Under the pieces are notes generated by a model. That model was not told the DNA's origin. It saw only the letters and a program-made list of their open reading frames with translations, and did no database searches. DNA of 36,672 nt, taken from NCBI GenBank assembly GCA_000934665.2, contig JYFJ02003886.1, forward strand, positions 1 through 36,672, read 5' to 3'. The position numbers and the translations under genes were made by a program. Shown here piece by piece: positions 1-12,689 of the stretch (the first letter of the stretch is position 1; each line of letters starts with the position of its first letter). The stretch comes from Catajapyx aquilonaris (taxonomy: Eukaryota).

Positions 1-261
1 TGTAGGTTGACTGACACCAAGTTCAGCATATGTATACCAGACACTACACACGGGTTCGCTGCTATAAATTAATTAATAAATAACATATTTTGATAATTTA
101 CGTATGTATATAAGGCAAAAAAATAAAATTTGTTTGCCTGTGGCAACAGAATTTTGTTAGTGATTACCATAGAAACAGGCCTGTAAATGGTTTCAAATTT
201 TGCACTTCCCCCAATGTTTTTATCCAAAAAAAAATTATGTCCCCCTCCCCCCAATGTATCT

Positions 262-508
262 CCACCTTGCCGTGGTAGTGGGGTTTCGTTTTCCCATGAT
301 CCTGAAGAGCTATGCTGGCGGTAGTTTCGTCTACTGGTATAGGGCCGCCGAAGTCGGACAGGTCTTTGGGATAGGAGACAGACTAAGAGAGATACCAGTC
401 TTTCCTCTCTTCTTTTTCCTCTTTGTTTCTCTCTCCATCTGTCCCACCTTTTTGTATTCTGATAACCACATAGCCATAGTTGCGTGGCTCTTTATTACGC
501 AAACAAAC
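262..508 (+). mobile_element. Short non-autonomous RTE-derived retroelement (RTE 5'UTR-like head, short 3' stem-loop, AAAC tail)
   Basis: CCACCTTGCCGTGGTAGTGGGG...ATGATCCTGAAGAGCTATGCTGGCGG...CAGGTC...CAGACTAAGAG resembles the conserved 5' region of RTE/Expander LINEs. It ends in AGCCATAGTTGCGTGGCT and CAAACAAAC. No TSD found. Confidence 0.6.
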
Positions 509-775
509 CATAATTTTTTCCACCCTTCCAGTGCCTACATATGCAAGGGAATGAGCAGTTTTGCATTTAATATTGCCTGAGATCTGAGAAGATTTCGGTG
601 TAATTATCCACGCTCTTTTTTTCCCCGTGCGAAGAACGGGTACCGCTGCTAGTTCATCATAAAGTTATTGTAATACCTCATCAAATCATCATTTAAAAAA
701 TTTTAAAACCCTAGAAGAATGTCCATACAGAACATACAGTTGATACTGCAGTCATTACCCTGATGGAATAACTTA

Positions 776-921
776 GGGCCGTTTTCTCGAACAGTGGTTC
801 AAATGTAAACCCGGTTCAAAGCCGGTTTAAACCCTTGACAACAGCCTAACAACAATCAAATCAGGGATTAAACTGGCTTTGAACCCGGTTTACATTTGAA
901 CCACTGTTCGAGAAACGGCCC
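776..921. mobile_element. PIF/Harbinger-type MITE
   Basis: About 60-bp near-perfect TIRs (GGGCCGTTTTCTCGAACAGTGGTTCAAATGTAAAC...) flanked by a TTA TSD at 773-775 and 922-924. Confidence 0.85.
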
Positions 922-994
922 TTAGTCGCTGATGTCCAATGCAATGGTAAATGGTAATCTCAAATTCTTTCATAGTGACAACCATTACCCTCAC

Positions 995-1130
995 CATGAC
1001 ACTGCAGGCTTGGGGTCTCCCACCATCCGGCACTCAATAGATATCTTGTTCCCATCATCTGACTGCCTTATCACTGGCCTCTCTGTGAATGTAGGCTTGA
1101 TCCCTTCGGTCGGAGTTGGAGCATCATCGC
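995..1130 (-). CDS. bt: Projectin exon, linker plus Ig3 N-half (SDDAPTPTEGIKPTFTERPVIRQSDDGNKISIECRMVGDPKPAVSW)
   Basis: Acceptor CATAG|GC, donor TG|GTGAGG; 136 nt, phase 1 in and phase 2 out; matches insect projectin EGIKPTFTERPVIRQS. Not in the ORF track because it has no start codon. Confidence 0.94.
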
Positions 1131-2107
1131 CTATGTTCAGGAAGGAACCTAACATCCGCTACATTGAGACTCATAATAAGAGATGGCACTCGGGGAAGCA
1201 GGAAAAAGATTAAGTTAAAAGAGAGTTGGGGAAATGTGAAGAGGCATGTAAGTACCTAAAGAGAAAAGAAGAGAGCAGAGTAAAGTGTGGGGTGAGTTTG
1301 GGAGATGAAAGTTCCATGTTGGTCCTCAAGATGCAGGTGCTGCAGTTAGAATAGATGGAAGGCATTGTGTGGTCCGTCATTCAAAACCACTGAAAGAGTA
1401 CCTCATTGCTTTCCCTTGTATTCCTATATGAGAATGCTGTTTGAAAAGTCATGTCAAGTCCTTGAGTTTCTGGCACCCACAATTGATCTCCCTGTAACAA
1501 ACTGTCAAGTTAATGTTGGGCATAGTTTTTAGATCTCACTTCCCAGCTAAGGAGAGTAGAACCACACCCTGTATTGTTCTCATAAAAACAATGATAATTG
1601 TTTCACATCTTTCCCATTGACCACCTATGTAAGCAACCCACCCATTATGCACTGTCCTTGAATCATCTTCCATAAAAGTTGCCCTTTGCAGTAAAAAAAG
1701 GACTGCAACCTGCAGTCTAAAAATATCCAGCCATTCTCAAAATAACACATGCCTAGAGCATGTCTGAGCTGTTCAACCTTGGTCCATAGTTATGCATGTG
1801 TGCCAAGTGAATAAGAAACTAATGTAATTGTAAACATTGTAAGTTACATGTTTTTCCAAAATAAAAAGTAGGAAAGCATGAAATGAGTAACAATAAAGCA
1901 AAAAAGCAAATACAAAAATTAATCAATAATCCAAAATGAGATGTTTTTAAAATCTTATTCTTAGAGAAGAAAATTTGGATATTACGATAAAATGAGAAAC
2001 AGAAATTTAAAAGGCGAGACAGGTTTCACAGCATTTTTTAAAGAGAATGAGTTGATAGAATCCGAGTCCATACTCTTTTGTACATCATAACAAGCAGTGA
2101 CACTTAC

Positions 2108-2249
2108 TGTCGAAGTTGAGACTGATCGTTGCATTGCTCTCTCCAAGTTCGTTTTTGGCTGTCACCTTGTATTTGCCAGCGTCCTCAACGGTGACATTCT
2201 TGATCTCCAGAGTTGCAAAATAACCATTGCCATCTTTATCCACTGTGAC
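2108..2249 (-). CDS. bt: Projectin exon, Ig2 C-half (VTVDKDGNGYFATLEIKNVTVEDAGKYKVTAKNELGESNATISLNFD)
   Basis: Acceptor CTTTCATGCAG|, donor A|GTAAGT; 142 nt, phase 0 in and phase 1 out; DxGxYxxxAxN Ig motif. Confidence 0.96.
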
Positions 2250-2364
2250 CTGCATGAAAGGAGTGCAAAATGAAGTAGATTGCCAATGCACACACAAGAT
2301 GAAAAGGAAATGTCATACAAGAACTTGTCATTCAGCACAAAATAAAGCACAAACAATAATTAGG

Positions 2365-2476
2365 AAGGGGTTGTTCTTGATGGTTCAGACTGGTAAAGAA
2401 CATGTGGCGTGAAAGCACATTTCATCACTAAAAAACAGTGGAGCTACCTTATTCTGAGCCATCAAGAATGCCCCTT
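2365..2476. mobile_element. Old short MITE-like inverted-repeat element
   Basis: AAGGGGTTGTTCTTGATGGTTCAGA pairs imperfectly with TCTGAGCCATCAAGAATGCCCCTT. Confidence 0.5.
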
Positions 2477-2478
2477 AA

Positions 2479-2951
2479 CCCTTAACTACGTAAGTGGAGC
2501 CTGAGAGGCTCCAAGCACTATTTAAACGCATGTAACTTTTCCATTGAATTTTATTTTCCCCTGGCCTTCCGTGACTTTGTCAGAAAAACCTTCCTATAAG
2601 CATGAAAAGGAAAGAAAAAATTTTTTAGTCCCTATTCTTTGGTTTTAAAAAATTCGTAACGAGGAACAGGTCCCTCCTGGAACCGCTCAGGCTCTATATC
2701 TCAGGTGAAGCCTGAGCGGCTCAAACACATGATGTAACCTTTTAATTAAAAATTTTTCCTTGTCGGAATATGCCGACTCAGCGTGTGATTTTTACGTTTT
2801 CGGAAGCCTAATGATCTGAACTGCACTTTCTGTATGTGAAAAGTCCAATATAACAATTTAGTTGATAAGCAGATATTTAAATATATCGTTGGAGCCTCTC
2901 AGGCTCCACCTACGTAGTTAAAGGTGTTTCACGCACCTACGTAGTTAAGGG
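2479..2951. mobile_element. piggyBac-type MITE
   Basis: TTAA TSD at 2475-2478 and 2952-2955; termini CCCTTAACTACGTA...TACGTAGTTAAGGG; subterminal GGAGCCTGAGAGGCTCC palindromes. Confidence 0.88.
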
Positions 2952-3175
2952 TTAAGTTTCATGAGATGATCAAGCACATGCAGTAGCCGTATGTGATAAC
3001 ATGCCCTTTTTTCACTATTTTTGACACTAACCCCTCGCCATAGTATGTATAAAATTACATCACACCCAGTTGCATTAATCAATGTAGCTCCTCTGTTTCA
3101 AAAATCTTTTCAAGTCCTAACTTCCAGAAATATATTTTCTGAAAGTTGGAGAATAGGACAGTGTAAAATGGAAGT

Positions 3176-3193
3176 GGGGGGGGGGGGGGGGGN
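3176..3193. other. Poly-G run ending in an ambiguous base (possible assembly join)
   Basis: 17 G followed by n at 3193. Confidence 0.8.
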
Positions 3194-4019
3194 TGAGTAT
3201 AACAGGGTGGCATGGCAGTGTAGCTGTCTGTGTCACTGCCTTCCACCTTCCATGTTGTCCTAGTCAGGCAGCATGGACTACATGCATAAGGGAGGCAAAA
3301 AAAAAAAACAAATAAAAAATGCACCACTTAATACACTTGCATGTTGTTGCAGCAGCAACAAGATAATGGTACTGACAACACACTAAGCAAGTGGGATGTC
3401 AACAATATAAACAGTGAAAGTAACAATTAAAGGCTTGTAACATCAGTGTAGGAACCTGTTTTACTATGCTCCAATTTTCGATGTTTCACATTAACAACCC
3501 TTTCAAAATAACCTTAACAAAGGAAAAGTTTGAAATTTTTTTAAGGTTAAAAAAATTGAAACATTAACTCTTTGCTGCAATACCTCTAACAGTAAGTCCA
3601 AACACACTACAGGCACCTCTTTTGCTTTTCGTGGTGCACTGTGGCAGGTCTATAAAAGTATAAAGGTAGGCCTCGTTTTGTGACTTTTTATTTTACAAAC
3701 CTATTTTGAACCTAACCCTATAGTAAAAAGGAACCATCCACTATCTGGTTGAAGCAAAATTAGCAGCAAAATTTTAAAAACAGTTAATTCCAGCGAAAGT
3801 ATATCTGGCCAATTCGGGTCATTTTCATCCCATTTCACACACACTTCTTCCTTATAATTTTATTACTTAGCAGTGTGATGGTGCGTTACATGTTGGAATC
3901 ATTTCCTGCATTTACACAGTAGTGCTTCATTACTACAATGGGGTGGTGGAGGCTAATGAACTCTATTGCTAGAATATGACCATGATAGATCAAAGTAAAA
4001 CATTCATAACAAGTGAGGA

Positions 4020-4270
4020 GCTCAGTTGCAAAAGCAGACAAATCCAAAATAGCTGGTTCTGAGATATTTGAGAAAAATCTGTCACGGCTGACCTAATTAC
4101 TGTACAAAAATGGTCACAGATGTGTATGTTACAACTTTTGACGCTGCATCAGACGCATGCTTTCTCAAAAATGTAACTCATGCGGGAAGTACTCATTTCA
4201 AAAATGACTATTTGGATTTGCCGGATTTTGCTGGATAGGGAGTGGATTTTAGGATTTTGCAAGCAACTTC
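4020..4270. mobile_element. Degenerate inverted-repeat (MITE-like) element
   Basis: TTGCAAAAGCAGACAAATCCAAAATAG (about 4027) is an imperfect inverted copy of CTATTTGGATTTGCCGGATTTTGC (about 4208). Related GGATTTGTC motifs recur at about 4456, 4507 and 4578. Confidence 0.4.
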
Positions 4271-6716
4271 AACATTCCATCATTTGAAAAATATTTATAT
4301 TGTGTATAAAAACAAGTTACAATGTGGTATAACTGTAATGGACTACCAAACAAGGCCCAACATTACCTTTATCACTGGAAATTACGAAAATTTCGTCATT
4401 CCGTGATTAAGTGATACACTATTTAATGGTGTGAAAATAATATTGCACGATGTTCGGATTTGTCGCCATAAGAAACACCAGCAATAATCCTCGAGGGTAT
4501 AATGCAGGATTTGTCGAATTTTGGAGTAGGCTGACGGAAATCTTAATGGATTTGAGAACATTACATCTTTTCGCAATGGATTTGTCAGGTTTTGCAAGAG
4601 AGTCAAGTTTTCCTTCCCTCAAAATAAGGTGCATTTGTTGTGTTTTGAAAAAGAAAACTGTGTTAGCATGTAGAGAGTGTCCCAAAGAAAGCATTGCCAA
4701 CTCCATCTAATATTTTTTGAAACTGAGCTCCTCAAGTGCCACCACTATTAGACTTCATACAAAACAGATTTTGTTCTTAATATTGTCAAGGTGGACAGAT
4801 CCATTGCCCCAAAATTGCCCTTCACAAATTCATGGTTGAAATATATAGATGGATCATGGATGCAAAACTTTGGGTTTTTCTCATAATCACTACGGTAACA
4901 CTCATCTTGGCACTTGAATGGTCTCTGGTTGATGTATGGATCACAATTCAAAATTTACTGCAATTAAAGACGAACTTTGCCAATTCACTTGCATCCTTCC
5001 CCCACCATGTCTACCAGTTTCTCTCCCTCAAGCTGTGACTAGGAGTGATGGACATTTAAAGTGTGGCGGGTCACACTGGGACCAGGATTTCCTATTGGTT
5101 CTTGGTAGAAAGTGCACAAAGCATCCCTTGTGGCTGCAATTCACTGAAGTTTTGGGACTCAGCAAAGTACTATGAGGTGAGATTTTTATAATCACTGCAA
5201 TCTTAATTTTCATGTCTACACTGAATCAGATGTAGCAAAATGTTTGCTGAAGGTTGCTCAGTGATGTAAAATCATTAATTATTCTTAAAACATGCGAGTC
5301 ATGTCATAAATGTTTCTATTTTTTTCCATGTTCTCACATGACAGTAAACCATTGCAGTAACAATAGTTTAGGACTTTAGGTACTAGAAATGTACTTCAAT
5401 TGAATATTTCCCTCTCCTTTTTTGGAATAAAAGGACATAAGAAATCCATACACTGCCTATAGCTGTGTTGCAGCACTCGCCTGTGTAGACGCTCCTTTAT
5501 GGTATAACACAGGTACCAAAAATCCCCTTATGTCTCAAAATTGCTTTAACACACACATATCTACGAATGGTCGTAAGTTACATAATTGTAAAGAACAACA
5601 TTTTAAAATTCTCAGCATATTGTTGGCAATAAATCTTAATGGGAGCACTCTCCATGGGATGAAAAAAATATTCAGGCTATATTCGATCTCAGTACATGTG
5701 CTTTGTGTCATCTTGGATGTAACTGGAGTCACAGCATCCCTTACGTCGACTTCTGAAGTTAATAATTTCTGGCCTTGACCTAGTAACTGGCATCCCAGCC
5801 CAATATGGCCTGATAATGAGGCATCACCTCAATCATGAGTTCCCTGGAAGATGGATTTGTAGAGGAAAGAAAGCTAAATGGTCTCCTAGGTTGCCAGACT
5901 CAACCCACTTAACCCCACTAGATTTTTTCTGCAGCTGCTAGATAAAGCTCAGATGTCGACATCAGCAGTTGACAGCCTGCACAAGAGATGCTGGGGATAC
6001 TTTTAGTTTAGACCAAATATGCTGCAAAACACATGGACTGATATGTTTTTTAAATCACTGGGATATTTTTTGTGCTACCCCAATAATCCATGTTAAATTA
6101 TGTAATTTATGTTGAGAAAAATCCTTTCATATTTTCCTTTGATGTAACCCAAATACTGTAGGGTAAACCCTATCGTGATGGCCAGTTTAGTGTATGGGTC
6201 TCAGTAATAAATTTCTCATAATTTCTCAAATTTTCTTTCCATGTAGGTTTTCTAAAATAATTTCTCCAGTAGTAGAAGGTACCGATCATCTGGACATCCT
6301 GAATATATTATGGCTAACAGTCCAATATGACCATCATATATGAATTTTATAGAAGCCTAACCCCGTAATATTTTAAAGGCTTCTATTTATACCTTTCGTT
6401 TGTCCATCTTCATCTCTATAACAGTCATAATTCCAAACAGCTAAGGTTCATTAATGATGAAGGCCCTTTAACATCTTGGTAAAGTAACACACATCTTAAT
6501 AATGCATACACCACTTCTTGATAATAGCATGCAAAGCAACATGTAAAACGTCAGAACTTATCTACACTGATATCATAAAATTAGGTTCAAAAATGTTTAG
6601 AAAGTAAAGTAACCTTCTTATAAATTTATAACCTACTCATGCCACCATTAATTTATAAAAACACATTAACATGCATAAACAACCCAAGCAAAAATTGTGA
6701 TACACATTGAACATAC

Positions 6717-6879
6717 CCGGTGCCTTGATGAGGCCTGCACCTGTACCCCATCATGGAACCAAGTCACACTCGGTTTCGGATCGGCTTGCACGCGGCATTC
6801 GAATAGGAGCCGCTTTCCGTCATCTTCTTGCCGTATAGATGGCTTCTTCGCAAACGTGGGGGCCGTGCCGTCGATTTGT
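6717..6879 (-). CDS. bt: Projectin exon, Ig2 N-half (QIDGTAPTFAKKPSIRQEDDGKRLLFECRVQADPKPSVTWFHDGVQVQASSRHR)
   Basis: Acceptor CCCCTCTTTAG|A, donor CGG|GTATGT; 163 nt, phase 2 in and phase 0 out; I-set Ig motif matching projectin. Confidence 0.96.
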
Positions 6880-7898
6880 CTAAAGAGGGGATGGAAGAAC
6901 ATATTTAAGGTACAATGTCTCAAATACAATGCAAACAAGTCACACATTCCTTTCACTTTTCATTGAGGCAGGTCCTCAAACCTCATCTGCCCATTTGGTT
7001 AAAATGCGACTTACGCACACAATCATGTAGTTCCATTACTTGTGGAAGCCAACTGGACTGATGAGGTGTGAGAACAAAACTCTTTAGTCATAATTGCCAC
7101 AGAGAAAAGGAAACAAACTATAATTGAATTGCCACAGCGGCAAAAATTGAGACTAATTGACGCCAAACTTGTGAAATTCATGTAGTTACATGCCGAATGT
7201 GGCACAGGACTTCCAATTTCCACAATCTGGTTGCAAATACTTTACTGATTAAGAAGGGATTGTAGATTTTGAAATGATACACCCAAGAGTCTACAGCACA
7301 ATAAGCATACCACACAAACTCAATTGCACTTGGAAGCGACCAGAGTGAGAGTGGAATAAATGAAAATTCATAATTGAATCAAAACTCACGCACAAGAGAG
7401 TATAATTTATACTGAAGCTACTCCTACGTAGTCTCATTGCCTTATTGGCGGAAACAAAACGTCACTAACTGAAATGAACCGAACTTCAGGAAGTTGCATT
7501 TTTTCAAAAAGTTCCGAATATGATAACTTCAGCAGGTCATTTTGGAGTTTGGTCTCAGTTTGAAGGGTTCGGACTGTCTTCGTTGAAAAGTGTAGCCTAA
7601 GAGTCTAAGTTTCTAATCTTGTGACAAGGTACACGACCTGTCTATAGCCGTGCGGACAACTCCCTTCAATGTCCGGTTTGAGTTCGCAATGGAAAAAATC
7701 GGCCGCGTGGTCTGGATATTAGGCTACCCCTTGACATTGTAATAATGGGGTCCTAGCCTACATTTTGCAAACCCATGTTTAAAAAATTGTCATTATTTTT
7801 AAATGAATTTTGGTGTTTTTTGTTTGAAGACATACATATTAGTGTTCGAGCTATGATCGATCTAAGATCTTAATAATTATACGGTATGGCATTGCCCT

Positions 7899-8042
7899 CT
7901 GACGTCACTGTTGTCCAAAGATCAGTGCAGAGGCAGGAATGAACCCGGGTTCCTTTGTTCCTTTGTTTGTTGTCCAACAACGGAATCAAACGACCGCAAG
8001 TAAAGCCGCGAGGAAACGGCCTGCTGACGTCACTGTTGTCCA
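7899..8042 (+). repeat. 19-bp direct repeat CTGACGTCACTGTTGTCCA (7899-7917 and 8024-8042)
   Basis: Exact match with a 125-bp period. Each copy contains the palindrome TGACGTCA and is followed by AGGCAGGA. Confidence 0.8.
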
Positions 8043-11000
8043 CTTGGTTAGGCAGGAGTGGGAATGCGCTTTTCAGGCCACGCCCCCTTTTCCCGCCAAT
8101 TTGCGAGTGACTTTTAAACCCCCGATAATTTATCGAGAAATGACATTTTGGGGGCGAAAAGTAGTGGAATGGATTTATGTATGGTTTAGCTATTCGTGTA
8201 CAAATTACCCAAATCCCAGAGCAAGGCTAGGACCCTCATCTGCTGCACTTCTGTCACCTGTCAGGAACACAACTGACTTAAACAAATTAAGTGTCAGTTC
8301 ATACTGTTCGTGACTAGGGGGGCTTGCGTACGTGGTGCAATCGGACCTGAATAAAAGGAACCCCACTTCAAGAGCCAACTCCGTCGTTACGATCCGCATA
8401 AATCCTTTAAATATTACGCTGTTAGGCAGTATTATTCCTCGTTTACTGTCTGTAATGGCAAGCCGCCGGCGTGCATGACCCAGTGCGGCCGATTGACTAA
8501 TAGCCGGTTCCCCAAATGAAAGACGCGCCAGCAAATGGATTAGGTCACAAAGAGTGCTCAGGCGGCATCCTTGGCCATGACAGTCAACAAGACTTGGCAG
8601 AGGCAACTAGCAGGCAGTCACACGGTGGAAGCAAGCCTGGATGGAAATAGTATGGAATGTTACTGGCCAAGCGGCCTCGCTTTCTTCCTCTCCTGTACAC
8701 CTCAAGTTCATTGGCTGTGCCTCTGACTCAGTCGGGACAGAAATAAAAATCAGATTTAAAAAAAAAAAAATGGGCGGGGGATGCTTCTGTGCGTACGGGA
8801 AGGACAGGAAGACGAAGGTCGGCCGTGACTATGCCGAGGCCGCACCCTGCGCCCACGTAAAGAGAAAAATCGTTTCGACAGCTGAGAGCTTCCCTTTTCT
8901 GCAGTCACGTAACAACATCTTCCTTCACAAATCGTCTTAACAGAGCTGCTCGCGAAACCAACTACCCTTGTTACATCACGTTCATGTACATTTCTGCTAT
9001 CCTCCTATCCGGACGTCTCCAGCTTTTCAGGACAGAACATCTCACTGGATTTTAAAATTAGCAGAAATTTAAGTGAGATGACTTAAGAGTTTCGGATGAT
9101 TCCAGTGGGACAGAGAGTATAGTTCTGAAGTCACAGGCCTTTGACTGTTAGTTCCACGGATAATTTTGGTGACAATGTTCCCCATTGTGAAGTCCTTCGG
9201 TTGCATGAAGAGCAACTGACTGAAATCGAATCTACAAAGCTACAAGGATAATCACGGTGATTTTCGTACAACAATGTGCGCAATGTACAGTGTACACTTT
9301 CTAAAAATCGAAAGGTTTAAAACCCCCGGTAAAGAGTTATGTTCAGATCTACCGGAGGTCAGTCAAGGTGCAATAAACTGCCAATTGTGAGGTCATTCAT
9401 CTCAAACCTAATTGCCAAAAAAGGTGCAACGAACTGTATCCTGATTAGTTCATTTAAACAAAACCACGGTTTGCAGACCATGCAGCAAGACTTTCACTTT
9501 CTGAAAGTTCATGAGGCCTATATATAAAAAATGCGAACCTAAAGTTACCCCACAATAGTCAACGTTCACGGTAAAGTTCAGCTGTTGCCAATCTGAACCA
9601 GTACGAAGCACGATTAATCTCTGAAAGTGTACTGTAGCAAATAAACATTCCCAACGAATGCCTTGCGCGCGATATGAAGGGTATGCTAATGAATTAACTT
9701 AATCAGCATCGGAGAAGCCTAAAAATACGCCTTGCTGTTGTGTAGAAAATACCAGCTGTTGGTGACCTGCCAGTAATGCTTTTGAAGAGACCCATTCCTT
9801 CTCCCCATTCCTCCTCGCACCCCAAGACACGCATGAAAAGGTCCTGGCAATTCAGGCTTGATTCATCTTCGCCGAGTGCCCAAATGCACGGAATGACACG
9901 CCTGTAACGTTAAGCACCGGGCTCCAGCAGGACCCTCCTAGCAACTCACATATCTAGAATTCACACACGCACTACAAGTGGTCCACATTCAGAGTTCGAC
10001 AACCTCAAAAGGGGGGGAATCATAATCGGCCAAAGAAAGGGTCTACAATGTGTGCTCCGTTTAAAAATACAACATGTGGGTGTAGAAAGGAAAGGAAAAA
10101 AATGTTTGCAGGCAGCTCAATCACGTGTCAACACCTCCCACCTTGTCCTCTAAAAATGATCGCCGCCTCTTATCTTCCTACTAGCTTAACACCCCCTCAC
10201 ACGTTTACACAATTTGGCTTCAAGTCCCGCCCAACGTAACAGAGGTGGCCGAAAATTGTCCGGCATAACGGCGCGGGCTTCATGTAAACAAACGTTTCTC
10301 ATGAGTTGGGACAGGTGCACGGAATTAAAAGGGACTTCCAATGGCGTTTGTAGTGAGGTAAACCTTATTAGGCCGCGTGCCAGATAACAAAAACAGTCAC
10401 AGCTTCATCGTGTTACAAAAGTGCTCCACTTGCTCTCCAAGCACAAAGGTAAGCCTGTGTGTGCTGATTCCAGGCTGGGAAAAAACGTCGTCATAATGTC
10501 ACCTTCCGGTACTAAAGACGCCACAAAGAACATGCAACTGACGGGAGTATTTGTGCAAAGACAATGCAGTATGTTTAATCAAGTTTTCATTAGTACGATG
10601 GTCATGTTTATCTAGAGCAGTTGTATAGTTGGAAACTTTCCGTTATATTTTATACCGAAATTTGCACAGCTATTTGTAATTCTCCGAGCTTCCTATACCA
10701 GCTCTAGAGTGGCATAGAACTCGGTTATATGCTCACTGGACAGGTTAATGTAAAATGAAACAGTTCAACAAACCTCTGTGATATCTTGACAAGCTATCGG
10801 TAACTTTGTGCAAAATATTAACCATTGAAACATTATTTGATCAAATTCAACCCCCATTGATTCCTTTCTGAGTAATAAATTGTGTATTCCAAATTGTACA
10901 CTTCATGTCACAGCACCAGAGACCATATTGAGAGGGCCAGATTAATTGCGAAATGAAGTTGACTGGGCCTATACAGAGTTTCTAATTAATGGCGCTTCAT

Positions 11001-12324
11001 ATAACTAATGTCAGCTCCATGGTCAGCTCAAAGAGCCTTAATAAATTACTATTTTCTCAGAGTTTATTTTTGCACTGCCCTTTTCAAGTTTTGAACCGTG
11101 CCGTCGCGTCGGAGATAAGTCAGAAATTTGGAGAGGCATGAAAGACAAGTGGACAAGGCTGTCGTCGGCAACGGATAATTGACTATGAATCTCTTATATT
11201 TGCTCTGGTCTGCGTTTCCAGTTGGCTCATCCGCACTATCTTTTTGGCACTCCGTCCATTTCGCAACCCGGGCGCAAATTGGCCGAGGTATTATTTATCT
11301 GCTGCTGCTTTCTTCACGCTTGCCCAGATACTGCACTTATAGACTCATAATGCACCGTTGTGTCGAGCAGGTCTGTGTTTATCCTTAAATAGAATCAGAG
11401 GTGGCTTCCATTACTGAGTGAATGATGTGATCTGTCACTCTTCACTCACAATATCCCCTACTGCATTGCTGACATTTTACATATACTGTACGCTGCGCCT
11501 ACTGTAATAGTTAGGATGCCTCAAAAGTGTCCAACAGTATCCTCTATCCCTAGCCTGGCATGTCTAGGTACTGTACTTACAGCGAAGAAGAAAATAATAT
11601 CGACAGAGTGAGTTATTCTGAATCATATTATGTCAAGTTACTTTACTAAAACAAGTAGGATATGTGTGGGTTAGATCTATTAAAAGATGGCAATGGGTGT
11701 GGCTGTATTGCATGAGAGAGCCCAATAACAATCACTATCTAATTTTTTTTTAAGTACACGAGAATATTTTAAAAATTACACCTCCACAATTTTGAATCTT
11801 CCTTATTCCCCAACAGATCAGAGGCAATAAAGTAATCAAAAGAGTACTTGAAGCTTCAGTAGCTTGTAAACAGTATATCACAGCCATTCTGTCATTAAGT
11901 CCATGACCTGAAGAGGCCATCCGGTTAGGTCCACTGTTGCGTGGCAAAATTCCAGTGAAAGTTTGAGTGGTACCACTAGAACTTATTGTATCAACCAATC
12001 GTAAATGGAGGTTGCAATCAGGTACAATGGTAACGGCGAATTTTCCGATAGATTAGGCAGACAATACACTCCAAATCGATCCACCTAAACACGGACTAAA
12101 TGCCTCTCCTCAAAGTTTCTTCTCATAATTGGTCAAATAAGTGAAGCTCCTACTCCGACGTTCTAGTCGTTCCGAGCAGGTAACTCCGTCCCAGTGTGTG
12201 TCTACAATTTCAAAGAGCACCTTACGACAGCACTTGGTTATGCGGAGAACATGATAAGCATAAAGGTCACGTCACGTCAGTGTCCACGAAAGAATTAAAG
12301 TCCTAATGAGCAGTCAGTGCTTAC

Positions 12325-12338
12325 TTTGCAGGTGGCAT
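12325..12338 (-). CDS. bt: Putative alternative first coding exon of projectin (M-P-P-A-K), splicing to the Ig2 exon
   Basis: Minus strand GAG ATG CCA CCT GCA AA|GTAAGC. The phase-2 donor matches the acceptor at 6879. There is an in-frame TAG upstream of the ATG and promoter-like sequence about 400 bp upstream. Confidence 0.6.
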
Positions 12339-12689
12339 CTCTAGATCCTCTTCTCTAGAACTCTATTTTCGATGCAAACCACGGTCACATTCTGCACCTT
12401 TTTCGAATTACAACCACATGACGGAAATCCCGCGACTCGCACAAAAAAACCACTTTTTTTTAAAAAAAATAATAAGAATTCAAATCAAAAAATCCCCGGA
12501 TCACTCGCGCACTAACCCGATCACGAAATCACACCGCGGTTGACCCGAACGCGATTTGTTTTTATCCCGTCACTCCACACCGACCGACCGACCGATCACC
12601 GATGATTGACAAGAGAAAAAGGATCGCGACGGAATAACCTTAACACTCCAGAGGAGACCCCTGAAGATCTGGAGCAGAACTCAAAGGTG

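Noticed and set aside
4450..5213. Short Cys-rich ORFs (CICC...CREC and neighbours) suggesting a decayed transposase zinc finger
   Set aside because: Too short and fragmentary, with no DDE or other diagnostic motif recognised.
7015..7038. Apparent 24-nt microexon CACAG|TAATGGAACTACATGATTGTGTGC|GTAAGT on the minus strand, just before the Ig2 exon
   Set aside because: It contains TGA in the frame needed to join the Ig2 exon. It could only be a poison exon, and nothing else supports that.
7390..7411. Second 22-nt AG/GT-bounded segment TATAAATTATACTCTCTTGTGC
   Set aside because: It gives an immediate TAA if used in place of the real microexon, and its polypyrimidine tract is poor.
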